From IMG/VR virus record IMGVR_UViG_2850756110_000009: DNA of 29,734 nt. One strand, 5' to 3'. Both the position numbers and the translations under genes were made by a program. The stretch is from a virus (Duplodnaviria; Heunggongvirae; Uroviricota; Caudoviricetes). This document shows positions 1 to 10,943 of the stretch, piece by piece. The stretch's first letter is position 1, and every line of letters starts with the position of its first letter. The notes under the pieces are model-generated. The model saw only the letters and a program-made list of their open reading frames with translations. It was not told the origin of the DNA and made no database searches.

Positions 1-525
1 TCAACGCGGCAATAATAGCCCCAACCGAACCCAACAGGTCCCGAGCACATGCAATGCCGCTGCACGTACGTTGAGGTTTTTCTCTTCGCTGCCGTGATGA
101 AGTAACCAGAAAGAAAGTATATTTGCCAGCAACCCAGCCACGGCAATTGCCATCATCATGCCGCCCTCGACCGGACGCGGCGTGCGGAAGCGTTCTATCG
201 CCTCCCAGACAATCAAAATGGTAATTACCACGAGGGCGATGGTATTCACAAACGCCGCGAGCGTGGTCAGTCTTAGCCAACCGAAAGTGTGGCGAATGGT
301 GGGAGGACGACGTGAAAATTGCACGGCGAGTAGGGCGAAAAGCAGGGCGGCAGTATCGGTCAACATATGACCCGCATCGGCCAGCAATGCCAGAGAACCA
401 GAAAGAAAACCACCAACGACTTCTACCAGCATAAACCCGGCAGTCACGCCGAAAGCATACAACAAGCGACGAGCATTATTATCTTCTGGCAGGTGTGAGG
501 ACGTGTGTGAGTGTGAGTGCGCCAT
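1..525 (-). CDS. zitB: Zinc transporter ZitB (cation diffusion facilitator), N-terminal part; reading frame breaks near the window start
   Basis: ORF starts [27 protein letters not shown] with His-rich N-terminus and CDF-type TM helices. The last 13 codons diverge and a stop falls at 1-3; adding one C to the C3 run at 40-42 restores the conserved CDF motif [17 protein letters not shown]. Confidence 0.85.
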   Translation of the reverse strand: MAHSHSHTSSHLPEDNNARRLLYAFGVTAGFMLVEVVGGFLSGSLALLADAGHMLTDTAALLFALLAVQFSRRPPTIRHTFGWLRLTTLAAFVNTIALVVITILIVWEAIERFRTPRPVEGGMMMAIAVAGLLANILSFWLLHHGSEEKNLNVRAAALHVLGTCWVRLGLLLPR

Positions 526-629
526 GACGAGTCATCCCTTAATTATTCTCACTTAACTGTAAGCGTACAGCCTGAACCGTCTGGTCAGAATCTGACGAAT
601 TAGACAAAGTGGTGTCCACCAAATAAGTA

Positions 630-1031
630 GTGGGAACCAAAGTGTCAGATATGCAGAAAAATGTGAATCCCGGCAGGCGAAAAGGCTGCCCTAATTATCC
701 TCCCGAATTTAAACAGCAGCTCGTTGCTGCCTCCTGTGAACCCGGGATATCCATCTCAAAACTTGCTCTTGAAAATGGCATTAACGCCAATCTGTTGTTC
801 AAATGGCGACAACAATGGCGCGAGGGAAAGCTGCTATTACCTTCTTCAGAGAGCCCCCAGCTACTTCCTGTGACTCTCGATGCAGCTGCCGAACAGCCAG
901 AATCGCTCGCAGAGGATCCGGAAACCCTCAGTATCAGCTGTGAGGTAACGTTCCGGCACGGGACGCTCCGCTTCAATGGCAATGTCAGCGAAAAGCTCCT
1001 GACTCTGCTGATACAGGAACTGAAGCGATGA
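630..1031 (+). CDS. IS66-family accessory protein TnpA (orfA)
   Basis: 133-aa ORF in first position of the three-gene IS66 arrangement; identical protein in all three copies. Confidence 0.8.
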   Translation: MGTKVSDMQKNVNPGRRKGCPNYPPEFKQQLVAASCEPGISISKLALENGINANLLFKWRQQWREGKLLLPSSESPQLLPVTLDAAAEQPESLAEDPETLSISCEVTFRHGTLRFNGNVSEKLLTLLIQELKR

Positions 1032-1375
1032 TCCCGTTACCTTCCGGGACCAAAATTTGGCTGGTTGCCGGTATCACCGATATGAGAAATGGCTTCAACG
1101 GCCTGGCGGCAAAGGTGCAGACGACGCTGAAAGACGATCCGATGTCAGGTCACGTTTTTATCTTCCGTGGGCGTAATGGCAGTCAGGTAAAGCTCCTCTG
1201 GTCTACCGGCGATGGACTGTGTCTGCTGACCAAACGGCTGGAGCGCGGCCGCTTCGCCTGGCCGTCAGCCCGGGATGGCAAAGTGTTCCTCACACCGGCA
1301 CAGCTGGCGATGCTCCTTGAAGGTATCGACTGGCGGCAGCCTAAAAGACTGCTTACGTCCCTGACTATGTTGTAA
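1028..1375 (+). CDS. IS66-family TnpB (orfB)
   Basis: 115-aa ORF MIPLPSGTKIWLVAGITDMRNGFNGLAAKVQ; its start overlaps the orfA stop, as expected for IS66 orfB. Confidence 0.85.
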   Translation: MIPLPSGTKIWLVAGITDMRNGFNGLAAKVQTTLKDDPMSGHVFIFRGRNGSQVKLLWSTGDGLCLLTKRLERGRFAWPSARDGKVFLTPAQLAMLLEGIDWRQPKRLLTSLTML

Positions 1376-1423
1376 GCCTCTTTATCCTGGTCGACGCTGA
1401 ATGAGCCTGGTAATATACCCGGT

Positions 1424-2962
1424 ATGAGCAGCTCACTTCCTGACGATATCAATGCACTGAAACGTCTCCTTGCCGAACAGGAGGCGCTGAACCGTGCCCT
1501 GCTGGAAAAGCTGAACGAGCGTGAACGCGAAATAGACCATCTGCAGGCACAGCTGGATAAGCTGCGCCGGATGAACTTCGGCAGCCGCTCCGAAAAAGTC
1601 TCCCGTCGTATCGCACAGATGGAAGCTGACCTGAAGGCACTTCAGAAAGAAAGTGATACCCTTACCGGTCGGGTTGACGACCCGGCCGTGCAGCGCCCGC
1701 TGCGTCAAACCCGCACCCGCAAACCGTTCCCCGAATCACTCCCCCGCGATGAAAAACGGCTGCTGCCGGCAGCGTCATGCTGCCCGGAATGTGGAGGCTC
1801 ACTGAGCTATCCGGGTGAGGATGCCGCCGAACAGCTGGAGTTGATGCGCAGCGTCTTCCGGGTTATCCGGACTGTACGTGAAAAGCATGCCTGTACTCAG
1901 TGCGATGCCATCGTGCAGGCCCCCGCGCCTTCACGGCCCATCGAGCGGGGTATCGCAGGACCGGGGCTGCTGGCCCGCGTGCTGATCTCAAAGTATGCAG
2001 AGCACACCCCGCTGTACCGCCAGTCTGAAATGTACGGCCGCCAGGGCGTGGAGCTGAGTCGTTCACTGCTGTCGGGCTGGGTGGATGCATGCTGCCGGCT
2101 ACTGTCACCGCTGGAAGAAGCGCTTCAGGACTATGTGCTGACTGACGGTAAGCTCCATGCTGATGACACGCCTGTCCCGGTGCTGTTGCCAGGCAATAAG
2201 AAAACGAAGACCGGGCGGTTATGGACCTACGTTCGTGACGACCGTAACGCCGGGTCAACGCTGGCGCCGGCGGTGTGGTTCGCTTACAGCCCGGACAGAA
2301 AAGGCATCCATCCGCAGACCCATCTTGCGGGGTTCAGTGGTGTACTGCAGGCGGATGCATACGCCGGGTTCAACGAGCTGTACCGGGATGGCCGGATAAC
2401 GGAAGCCGCCTGTTGGGCTCACGCCCGCCGTAAAATCCACGATGTGCACGTTCGCACCCCGTCAGCCCTGACGGAGGAAGCGCTGAAACGGATCGGCGAA
2501 CTGTACGCCATCGAGGCAGAGATAAGGGGAATGACGGCGGAGCAGCGCCTTGCCGAACGTCAGTTGAAAACGAAACCGCTGCTGAAATCCCTGGAAAGCT
2601 GGCTGCGTGAAAAGATGAAAACCCTGTCGCGACACTCAGAACTGGCGAAAGCGTTCGCATACGCCCTGAACCAGTGGCCGGCGCTGACGTACTATGCAGA
2701 TGATGGCTGGGCTGAGGCGGACAATAACATCGCTGAAAATGCGTTGCGGATGGTCAGTCTGGGCCGCAAAAACTACCTGTTCTTCGGTTCGGATCATGGA
2801 GGAGAGCGGGGAGCGCTGCTGTACAGCCTGATCGGGACGTGCAAACTGAACGGAGTGGAGCCAGAAAGCTACCTCCGCTATGTACTTGACGTCATAGCCG
2901 ACTGGCCGATAAACCGGGTCGGCGAACTGCTCCCCTGGCGCGTAGCACTGCCGACTGAATAA
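1424..2962 (+). CDS. IS66-family DDE transposase TnpC (orfC)
   Basis: 512-aa ORF with the CWAHARRK region typical of IS66 transposases; intact in all three copies. Confidence 0.9.
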   Translation: MSSSLPDDINALKRLLAEQEALNRALLEKLNEREREIDHLQAQLDKLRRMNFGSRSEKVSRRIAQMEADLKALQKESDTLTGRVDDPAVQRPLRQTRTRKPFPESLPRDEKRLLPAASCCPECGGSLSYPGEDAAEQLELMRSVFRVIRTVREKHACTQCDAIVQAPAPSRPIERGIAGPGLLARVLISKYAEHTPLYRQSEMYGRQGVELSRSLLSGWVDACCRLLSPLEEALQDYVLTDGKLHADDTPVPVLLPGNKKTKTGRLWTYVRDDRNAGSTLAPAVWFAYSPDRKGIHPQTHLAGFSGVLQADAYAGFNELYRDGRITEAACWAHARRKIHDVHVRTPSALTEEALKRIGELYAIEAEIRGMTAEQRLAERQLKTKPLLKSLESWLREKMKTLSRHSELAKAFAYALNQWPALTYYADDGWAEADNNIAENALRMVSLGRKNYLFFGSDHGGERGALLYSLIGTCKLNGVEPESYLRYVLDVIADWPINRVGELLPWRVALPTE

Positions 2963-2999
2963 CACATCCCCGTCAATACGGTTCTTGCTGCACGCTTAC

Positions 3000-3007
3000 G
3001 ATTTTGC
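3000..3007. repeat. Half of a split 8-bp target-site duplication GATTTTGC (partner, inverted, at 28473-28480)
   Basis: Octamer beside the right end of IS66 copy 1 equals the reverse complement of the octamer beside the left end of copy 3. Confidence 0.85.
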
Positions 3008-3415
3008 CAGCATGACTACCGGGGACAGGCGGCCCAGTGAGTCGGGACCAGCATTCCAGATACGACCGTTCCATTCAAACGTGAACGGCTTCGCCTCCTG
3101 TTCTGCGCGCCATGCTTCAATTTCCTGACGTCTGGCCTCTCTGGCCGCTTCCTGCATTTCTGGTGTCACAGTGAATGGGGCTATCTCACCCCATTTGCCG
3201 CTTTGCAGTTCCTGCCAGATTTGCTGACCCGTCGGAGCGACATCATCAGCGGTGGCTGTGTAGGGGACTGCCTGGTCCCTGTCGTCAAAAAAAACGTCAC
3301 AGTCTACTGCGCCACTTTCGGTATAACGGGGATTAATGATTTTTTTAGTTTCCACGGTGCATTCCTCACGATGTGCGAATAAAAAGCCCGGGCATTGCGC
3401 CAGAGACATGTGCAT
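3000..3415 (-). pseudogene. Tail-fibre assembly protein (Tfa-like), N-terminal 138 codons, cut by IS66 copy 1; C-terminal part lies at 28481-28688
   Basis: ORF ends ...SPVVMLAKS with the stop supplied by the IS end (TAA from GTAAGCG). Reading continues in frame across the 8-bp target duplication into 28481-28688 on the opposite strand. Confidence 0.8.
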
Positions 3416-4778
3416 CCGGCACCCCGGACAGGGCGCAATATGACCCCGGTAATGAATGCTCTGAACATCCCGTAATGAAAAATTGTGGGGATGCTATATA
3501 CGTTCCGGTGGGAGTACTGGGCACTGAAATCCCCACCGGTCCCAGTCGTGAGCCTCTGTATGACTGCCCCCTGACAAGTCTGATGACTTTATCACCGTCA
3601 GCTTCTCCCTGGTACGCAGCAATAATCAGCCCGCCAATGTCAGGGGCTCCCCATCTGTTGCGGACAGAGCTCGCCACGATTCTGTAAATAATATCTTCTG
3701 TGGTTATATTTATTTTCACCCAGTCAGTCAGTCTGGATATGGGCCAGTAGCAGTAGCGGGTGTGATAAATGGGGCCGTTAATGCCGTAAAAAGTAAGGGA
3801 TTTGGCTCTGTACCGCGGTTCTGTTGTCTCAGGGCGTGCATCAGTCCACCGGATGCTGAGCACCCCTTCAAACCGTGTGTCGGGTATGATGCCCAGGCGG
3901 CCAGCAACGGAATACTCACCTGGCAGCGCATTCCTTACCCAGGCCAGGAAATCACTCTTAGTGTCAAAACGGATAACATCTTCAGGCAGAAAAGCACACC
4001 CAAAGCCGAATGCGCCGGGTATCGCCAGACGGCCTTTTGTCCGGTCGTAAATGTCGCTCTGTGCTTCCATCGTGGCCGCACTTTTCAGCCCCAGATTATC
4101 CCGGGACTTCTGTTGTGCCTTTTCGCCTGCTGCTGCGATTTCTGACAGATGGTTAGCCATTTTCAGAGTGCCGGTAAGCGCAGCATCAATGTCATTTTTG
4201 GCCTGTTCTGCTGCGCGGGCATAACCTGCGGCATCCTGTGCGCTCTGTCCGGCTGCGGCTGCATTTGCTCCTGTGCTTGTCACATCTTCCGCAGTGGCCT
4301 TTCTGTCCTCAGCTGTGACGGTTGCATCCTGTCTGGCATTCTCCGCAAAACGTTGTGCATCATCACGGGCCGTTGCGGCTGCCGCCACATCCTGCGCCGT
4401 CTGCTGTGCGTTTCCGGCTGCGGCCCCGGCGCTCTGCTGCGCCTGCACCACCATTTCCTCAAAGCGTTTGACGACATCCGGTTTCAGGTCGCCCTCATCA
4501 GGAGCAATCAGAAAGTCATTCAGCGTGCCGGGCTTTGAGTCCTCATATACAGCAATGTCGCCAACGTTGTACTCGTTGTGCCAGCCCGGTTTCAGATACA
4601 CACCATATTTTCCAGTCCGCGCATGGAAACAGTATTCACCATCGTTTCCTGTCATCACATCAGCAACAGTGTGCATCACCACTTCCGGGGTGTTTACCCG
4701 GGATTTCAGAATAATATGGTATCCGGACATGGGGATACCTGCGCCATCAGTCAGCGCACCTGATATCACTACAGACAT
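3366..4778 (-). CDS. Side tail-fibre protein (lambda Stf-like N-terminal domain, Ala-rich central region)
   Basis: 470-aa ORF; segment IAVYEDSKPGTLNDFL matches the conserved Stf N-terminal motif ITVYEDSQPGTLNDFL; the stop overlaps the downstream tfa start. Confidence 0.7.
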   Translation of the reverse strand: MSVVISGALTDGAGIPMSGYHIILKSRVNTPEVVMHTVADVMTGNDGEYCFHARTGKYGVYLKPGWHNEYNVGDIAVYEDSKPGTLNDFLIAPDEGDLKPDVVKRFEEMVVQAQQSAGAAAGNAQQTAQDVAAAATARDDAQRFAENARQDATVTAEDRKATAEDVTSTGANAAAAGQSAQDAAGYARAAEQAKNDIDAALTGTLKMANHLSEIAAAGEKAQQKSRDNLGLKSAATMEAQSDIYDRTKGRLAIPGAFGFGCAFLPEDVIRFDTKSDFLAWVRNALPGEYSVAGRLGIIPDTRFEGVLSIRWTDARPETTEPRYRAKSLTFYGINGPIYHTRYCYWPISRLTDWVKINITTEDIIYRIVASSVRNRWGAPDIGGLIIAAYQGEADGDKVIRLVRGQSYRGSRLGPVGISVPSTPTGTYIASPQFFITGCSEHSLPGSYCALSGVPDAHVSGAMPGLFIRTS

Positions 4779-4801
4779 AGTTTTTCTCGCGATAAATTAA
4801 A

Positions 4802-5347
4802 TCAGGAAGAAATTTCCGGAGAGGCGGGCCATTCAATGGCGTTGTATGAGGTTTTATCAGTGATGACACTGAAATCCATCGCCTGCAGCGATTTCGCGTA
4901 AATGCGGTACGCTTTCAGTTTTTCCCGGTCTTCGTCGCTGATTAGCCCCAGCAGCAGGTCTTCTTCCCATTCCCCTGTCCGGGCACTGACCTGAGCCAGA
5001 AGGGCATCACGCTCATCTTCCGCTTTGAGTCTGTAGTCAAAGACAAATTCATCATTGCGGTAAAACCAGTAACCCGGCGCGGTAATGCGGCGGTTGGCGG
5101 TAATATCAGGAACTTCAATAACACTGGCGTTACGGGGTTCAATGCCTGTCACATCCTTACCGACCCACACCACGCGACCGTCTCCGGTGTAAGTTATTTT
5201 AATTGTGTCGCTGGCGAAATTCTTCAGCTCTTCATACCAGTTTTTTCCGTCTTCCGAAAAAAGCCAGGTGACATCATATTGTTTTGTCAGCTGATATTGT
5301 TCCACGGTTTTCGGATTGCCCGCAGTAATATTTTTTAAATGCAACAT
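4802..5347 (-). CDS. Tail-fibre assembly protein, P2 gpG-like
   Basis: 181-aa ORF [40 protein letters not shown] closely resembles the P2 G N-terminus ([40 protein letters not shown]). Confidence 0.8.
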   Translation of the reverse strand: [181 protein letters not shown]

Positions 5348-5349
5348 TG

Positions 5350-6734
5350 TTAAACACTCGCCACGTTATACCAGGTGCCATTAATCAGTTTCTGAAGCGG
5401 GCGGTAATACACGCCGTTGACGTTATCCGCTGAGTCACGGCCGGTATCCGATATCGCTATCCCTGACAGCCCGTGTCCCGAAGGTGCGCGAAATCTCCAC
5501 GAAACGGTGTTACTGCCGGGGCTGTAATACATTTCATGGCCATACCGTACATCCTGTACCCCCTCTGTTCGATATTTATAGCGGGCATCGAAGTTTCCGT
5601 AATTTAACGGAATTACCTGTCCGTTTACGGCGAACGTGATGCTGTTATCTGTATTCCTCTGGCTGAAAAAATGCCAGCCTGAATCATCGCCAAGCTCTGC
5701 AACAACAGACCTGGATGGATTACCCCACAAATAAAATGCTGCATTTTTCGTGGAGTTGTTGGCGCTGGATAACGTGAATTTTCTGGCAGTTCCGGCCTGA
5801 ATATTCTTAAAAGCAATAGCCACTCCATTCTGAAAGCGGAATACACGCTGACTATTAGCATAAACATCCAGAATACCGTCTCCATTCTGTTTAAATCCGG
5901 TGTCATTATCACCAAGAACAATTGAATTCCCCCCAGGGCGTTCTGAACGCCGATACCCAGCGCACCATTGACCTGCGAACCACCGCCAACAGACACTTTA
6001 TGCGACATGGATATTTCACCCGTCCGCAAATTAATGGTGAACGGGCGCAGGGGACCAATATCGCCATTTTCCCCCTGACCTTCACTGGTGGGAATAAGGT
6101 GCAGGCACTCTTCCGAACGACGAAAAATCAGGCCAAAAGCTTCGTTGAAAATCCTCAGCGCATTAACACCACGGATTTTCAGCTCTCCGGTTATTTTATC
6201 GCCTTCCCGATGAACATAGCGTTGATCTGACTGCTCTTTACTGTAAACCTGAAGATTATCCCGTGCCGTCCCTTTATTCTGAAGGTCTGACAGATTGTTC
6301 TTCTGCCGCAGGAATATCCTTTTCGGATCCTCAAGAAGATTTACCCAGCCCGCACTGTCGGAGCCTTCAGGATCGGTCAGGTTATCGTCTGTGGTATTCA
6401 GCCAGACCGCTGTTGTTGCGACTCCGGCGAGAATGGCTCCTTTTGCATATCCACCAATGGCCCCCGCAAAACCGGCATTATACGTGTACAAACCGCCAGC
6501 TTGGGCGAACCGTATTGCTGCGGTAATATCGTACATCAGACCGTTAAAATCCTTGCCGTGTGGCGGTATACCTCCCGCTGAGACCGCTGTCATGGTCACC
6601 GGAGGAAAACCTGAATCATACGCAGCATTACCGCTCTCTCTGGTCTGCTGTGTCGCCTTGTCCGGGATACGGTTTTTATCTCCGGTACTCGCAAAGGGGA
6701 CCGCCAGCTGGCGGGGTTTATCACTGGCCTTCAT
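5350..6734 (-). CDS. Tail-fibre protein (P2 H / Mu S position), apparent frameshift in a C6 run at 5929-5934
   Basis: ORFs 5625-6734 and 5350-5823 are the same gene in two frames. Adding one G to the G6 run (sense strand) joins ...VQNALGG to [43 protein letters not shown]. Confidence 0.65.
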
Positions 6735-7134
6735 TACGGGACTCCTTTAAAACTACTGAAACATAAACACCCGGCGGGGACGGCAGTGCACCCGACGACT
6801 GGATAATCGCCAGTTCTGCCAACGAGAGCGCGGACTCAAAGATGTAACTCATCCTCAGCCCACCATTATTCAGAACATAAGCCCGCCGTTTTTTTCCGAA
6901 CATAAATCTCAGCATCCGGTTAATATCCGGAACGGAACAGTCAGTAATGTTCGACATGGCTTTCATCAGTATCAGCCGCCGGTATACAGCATCAGACAGG
7001 TCAACAGTCCGGGTATCCGATTTTCCGTTGTAAAACGGTGCCTGATTAGACTGGCCCCCTGAATCTCCAGACAACCAGTATCACTTAAATAAGTGATAGT
7101 CTTAATACTAGTTTTTAGACTAGTCATTGGAGTA

Positions 7135-7503
7135 CAGATGATTGATGTCTTAGGGCCGGAGAAACGCAGACGGCGTACCACACAGGAAAAGATCGCAATT
7201 GTTCAGCAGAGCTTTGAACCGGGGATGACGGTCTCCCTAGTTGCCCGGCAACATGGTGTAGCAGCCAGCCAGTTATTTCTCTGGCGTAAGCAATACCAGG
7301 AAGGAAGTCTTACTGCTGTGGCCGCCGGAGAACAGGTTGTTCCTGCCTCTGAACTTGCTGCCGCCATGAAGCAGATTAAAGAACTCCAGCGCCTGCTCGG
7401 CAAGAAAACGATGGAAAATGAACTCCTCAAAGAAGCCGTTGAATATGGACGGGCAAAAAAGTGGATAGCGCACGCGCCCTTATTGCCCGGGGATGGGGAG
7501 TAA
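7135..7503 (+). CDS. IS2 OrfA (InsC-like)
   Basis: Translation [56 protein letters not shown] is the IS2 OrfA sequence; the track ORF starts 14 codons upstream at 7093. Confidence 0.85.
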
Positions 7504-8366
7504 GCTTAGTCAGCCGTTGTCTCCGGATGTCGCGTGCGCAGTTGCACGTCATTCTCAGACGAACCGATGACTGGATGGATGGCCGCCGCAGTCGTCACAC
7601 TGATGATACGGATGTGCTTCTCCGTATACACCATGTTATCGGAGAGCTGCCCACGTATGGTTATCGTCGGGTATGGGCGCTGCTTCGCAGACAGGCAGAA
7701 CTTGATGGTATGCCTGCGATCAATGCCAAACGTGTTTACCGGATCATGCGCCAGAATGCGCTGTTGCTTGAGCGAAAGCCTGCTGTACCGCCATCGAAAC
7801 GGGCACATACAGGCAGAGTGGCCGTGAAAGAAAGCAATCAGCGATGGTGCTCTGACGGGTTCGAGTTCTGCTGTGATAACGGAGAGAGACTGCGTGTCAC
7901 GTTCGCGCTGGACTGCTGTGATCGTGAGGCACTGCACTGGGCGGTGACTACCGGCGGCTTCAACAGTGAAACAGTACAGGACGTCATGCTGGGAGCGGTG
8001 GAACGCCGCTTCGGCAACGATCTTCCGTCGTCTCCAGTGGAGTGGCTGACGGATAATGGTTCATGCTACCGGGCTAATGAAACACGCCAGTTCGCCCGGA
8101 TGTTGGGACTTGAACCGAAGAACACGGCGGTGCGGAGTCCGGAGAGTAACGGAATAGCAGAGAGCTTCGTGAAAACGATAAAGCGTGACTACATCAGTAT
8201 CATGCCCAAACCAGACGGGTTAACGGCAGCAAAGAACCTTGCAGAGGCGTTCGAGCATTATAACGAATGGCATCCGCATAGTGCGCTGGGTTATCGCTCG
8301 CCACGGGAATATCTGCGGCAGCGGGCTTGTAATGGGTTAAGTGATAACAGATGTCTGGAAATATAG
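7461..8366 (+). CDS. IS2 OrfB transposase (InsD-like)
   Basis: 301-aa ORF with the IS3-family DDE region; overlaps orfA in the -1 frame as expected for IS2. Confidence 0.85.
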
Positions 8367-8663
8367 GGGCAAATCCACTGATTAAACGGACAGGGATCAT
8401 CCATTACCGGGGTGTCCATCCTGGACTCGCTGAAGCCCAGGTAATTAAAATCGTCCTTTACCGTCAGCCGGCGACTGACACCCACAATCTTTCCCCAGAC
8501 ATCAAGACCATACTTTTCTGCGGTATCGATGTTCCAGATAAGACCATAAAAATCACTGATAAAACTGTCGGGGGAAAGCGCTGCGTTAAAGCTGTTAATG
8601 AGGGCATTGAGTCGGGGGCTGGCAGCATACTGCGCAAGCACAGTGGCAGCCACATTCTGCACG

Positions 8664-9901
8664 TTATGCCTCCTGGAGTTTCACACTGATATCCGACACA
8701 TCCAGAACCGGAATCTCATCTATCCCGAAAGTGACAGCCGTTGTCCATGACGAACCGTCACGGCTCACAGTAAGGCCCAGAATATCAATATGTTCCGGAT
8801 CGGTTTTGTAAATGCCGGCATAGTAGCGCCCGGCAGAGACAACAGAGGCAACCCTTGCCCGCAGACCACCATCTGTACCATTAAATGCGTCCAGCACGGA
8901 TTGCTGTACCTGTCGGGTAATATCTGAAGGCAGGTAGTCACTTTTTTTCAGCGTCACACTGACATGCAGACTGACGGGTTTGAGTGTCTGCCAGCTGATT
9001 ACGTATTCAGGATACGGCGGATCGTACTCCTTATCTGCAACAGTGAACGTTGTGTTGCCATTCATATCAATACCCGGCGGAGCCTTACGCCAGATGGCCG
9101 CCGCGATATCTGCCGGGCTGCCGCCGTACACGCCAACATAAAGCGAACCGGGTGTTAATGGATACTGACTGACTCCGGCTTTTTGTTCTGTTTTTTTCGG
9201 ATTATGGGTGACGTAAACATCCACCACGTTTTCTACCGTGGAGAGTATTTCACCCCGGATGGCTTCCAGAATATTCCGGGCATTACGGGCAACTGAATTA
9301 CGTCGGCGGTTTTCAAAGTCCGCACGGGTTTCCTCATCGCTGCCCGGCACACCGGCACGGGCGTTAGTGACACCTGACCAGCCAGGTATTGCCTTATAAA
9401 TTTTATTCAGCGTCCCCACAGGACAGCCGACGGGGCCGGTGGACAAATTCAGAAATACCGCATCAACCTGCCCTGATGCGCCGATAGTGACGTCTGACTG
9501 ACATACTTATAACCGGCCTCATCCTGCCCCATACTGCCCGCCGGGATCAGCGTGCCAACCAGCCCGGTACAGGTCGCTGTTACTGTCGTACCTGTGGCCC
9601 CACGGCGCTCCAGGAAATAAATCCTGCCTATTGCATCCTGAAAGCGACCACTGGAAAAGTCAGGGTTGATCTGGTTAACGATATACAGCAACTGATCGTT
9701 TTTATCCGCAATAATGGCGCTTTCGCTGGATGCAAGTTGTCCCTGCGGACTGCTCAGACTGGTACTCATGGCCCCGCCCAGCGCCGCCGAAAAATCAGCA
9801 AGCCTGCCGCTCAGAATATCCGCTTCATCCGGCACATTCAGCCCGCTATCCGAAATCTGTACAGCGGGCACTGCGGTAGAAAAAGATTTATTTTCACTCA
9901 T
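8664..9901 (-). CDS. Baseplate J-like protein (P2 gpJ / Mu gp47 position), apparent frameshift near 9471-9502
   Basis: ORFs 9449-9901 and 8664-9446 are adjacent in different frames. One extra G in the G3 run (+ strand C3 at 9471-9473), or a third GTCA unit at 9495-9502, restores a single ORF of about 410 aa. Confidence 0.6.
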
Positions 9902-10253
9902 AGCAGTACCGTAAAAATGTCATTATTGGTATCTGTAATACGCAGCACACCTGTTACTGTCCGGGTTTGATCAGCTGTGACCTGGCAGACAGCGGCGCTC
10001 ACGGTCGGCAGTTTAAGTGCTTCCTGTTGCAGAGTGGCATTCACCAGTTGTGTGCCGGGCCAGTGTCCGAGGATGCGTGGCCAGTAAGGTATGCCAGCCG
10101 TTGAGTCGTACCAGCACTCCCCAGAAAAGTACTGCACGCACACGCCACATCCTGAGCTACCGCATGGGGATTATCAGTAATGGCAAGATTTCCGGTATCA
10201 TCAAGCAGGATATCCCATGTCCCGGTGTCAAGAAGAAGTGATCGTGACTGCAT
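9898..10253 (-). CDS. Baseplate wedge protein (P2 gpW / Mu gp46-like), apparent frameshift in a C4 run at 10119-10122
   Basis: 70-aa and 81-aa overlapping ORFs; adding one G makes ...VAQDVACACSTFLGECWYDSTAGIPYWPRILG... continuous, giving a product of about 115 aa. Confidence 0.55.
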
Positions 10254-10265
10254 GTTTTCTCCTGT

Positions 10266-10943
10266 TTACCGGGATCCCTGCGTGGTTGAGCCGCCGGACT
10301 CAACGCCGCCGTGAACGTGGTTTCCAAAATCAATACCCCCGATGTTCGAACCGCCGGAAAGCCTGGACTGCCCGGTAACGTCAAGCCCCTTACTGACGGC
10401 GGTATCGCCGTTCAGCGCAATTTGTGGTGAGTTAACGGTGAAGCTTTTCGGCGCATTAATCACCCCCTCAGGCGCGGATATCTCCACTTTCCAGGGAGAT
10501 ACAATCCGTATCTGGTTGTCATCAAATACCACAAACTGGACGGGATCACCGTTGAGCACGCCACCCAGCCAGATGGCATCAGCATAATTATGGGTACGCT
10601 TTGATCCCGGCATCGCAGCCTGACGCGTGGCTTTTACCGCACTGATATCCCGATCGCAGATGGCAAGAAAACCGATATCCCCCACATGTGGCGGGATAAT
10701 CACCGCATTACCGCCCCCCTGTAGTCGCCATACGGGAATGTTATAAATCACCTCATGTTCAACCGGGGAACCGTCTGCTGCAACGCCCATTACCATCGGT
10801 CGGGCCTCAATAAATCCCTCTTCCACGGCTACCACCCGTCCCAGAGTGATAAACGCATGACGTCCGAGAAACTGCCGCAGCATAAAGTCCTGTGCATTGA
10901 TTTCGCTGTTCACGTCTGTCGGGTTACTGAGTGGTTGTGCCAT
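10266..10943 (-). CDS. Baseplate spike/assembly protein (P2 gpV-like)
   Basis: 225-aa ORF directly upstream of the W/J/I-like genes; Gly-rich C-terminus with NHVHGGVESGG resembles gpV-family spike proteins. Confidence 0.55.
   Translation of the reverse strand: MAQPLSNPTDVNSEINAQDFMLRQFLGRHAFITLGRVVAVEEGFIEARPMVMGVAADGSPVEHEVIYNIPVWRLQGGGNAVIIPPHVGDIGFLAICDRDISAVKATRQAAMPGSKRTHNYADAIWLGGVLNGDPVQFVVFDDNQIRIVSPWKVEISAPEGVINAPKSFTVNSPQIALNGDTAVSKGLDVTGQSRLSGGSNIGGIDFGNHVHGGVESGGSTTQGSR

Larger units (their letters stand above)
559..2999 (+). mobile_element. IS66-family insertion sequence, copy 1 (ISEc8/IS679-like, 2441 bp), three-ORF organisation
   Basis: Ends begin with GTAAGCG (559-565; reverse complement at 2993-2999), typical of IS66-family inverted repeats. 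Near-identical to copies at 17794-20234 and 26032-28472. Flanks ACTTAACT (left) and GATTTTGC (right) do not match, so it is not a simple insertion. Confidence 0.9.
7047..8377 (+). mobile_element. IS2 (IS3 family), complete 1331-bp copy, simple insertion
   Basis: Left end TAGACTGGCCCCCTGAATCTCCAGACAACC and right end ...GGGGCAAATCCA match IS2 termini; 5-bp direct repeats CTGAT at 7042-7046 and 8378-8382. Confidence 0.9.
6721..8662 (-). pseudogene. Baseplate/tail protein (P2 gpI / Mu gp48-like), interrupted by IS2
   Basis: N-terminal part 8378-8662 (...VMDDPCPFNQ) and C-terminal part 6721-7046 (APFYNGKSDTRTVDL...) are in frame once IS2 and one copy of the CTGAT duplication are removed. Confidence 0.55.

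Noticed and set aside
1433-2965. Antisense ORFs inside the IS66 transposase genes (for example 1863-2258, 2370-2660, 2636-2965 and their equivalents in copies 2 and 3)
   Set aside because: They lie entirely opposite the well-supported tnpC frame and are typical spurious ORFs of GC-rich coding DNA.
3728-4800. ORFs 3762-4145, 4149-4538 and 4273-4800 on the plus strand
   Set aside because: They overlap the Ala-rich repeat region of the side tail-fibre gene on the opposite strand; low-complexity Cys/Ala-rich translations, no ribosome-binding context.
2999-6734. Invertible tail-fibre switch (Gin/Pin/Cin type) or a diversity-generating retroelement acting on the fibre genes
   Set aside because: No serine invertase gene, no short inverted crossover sites flanking the fibre C-termini, no reverse transcriptase and no template/variable repeat pair.
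8351-8689. 112-aa ORF on the plus strand spanning the IS2 right end
   Set aside because: It starts inside the IS2 terminus and runs antisense through the gpI-like gene; a junction artefact.
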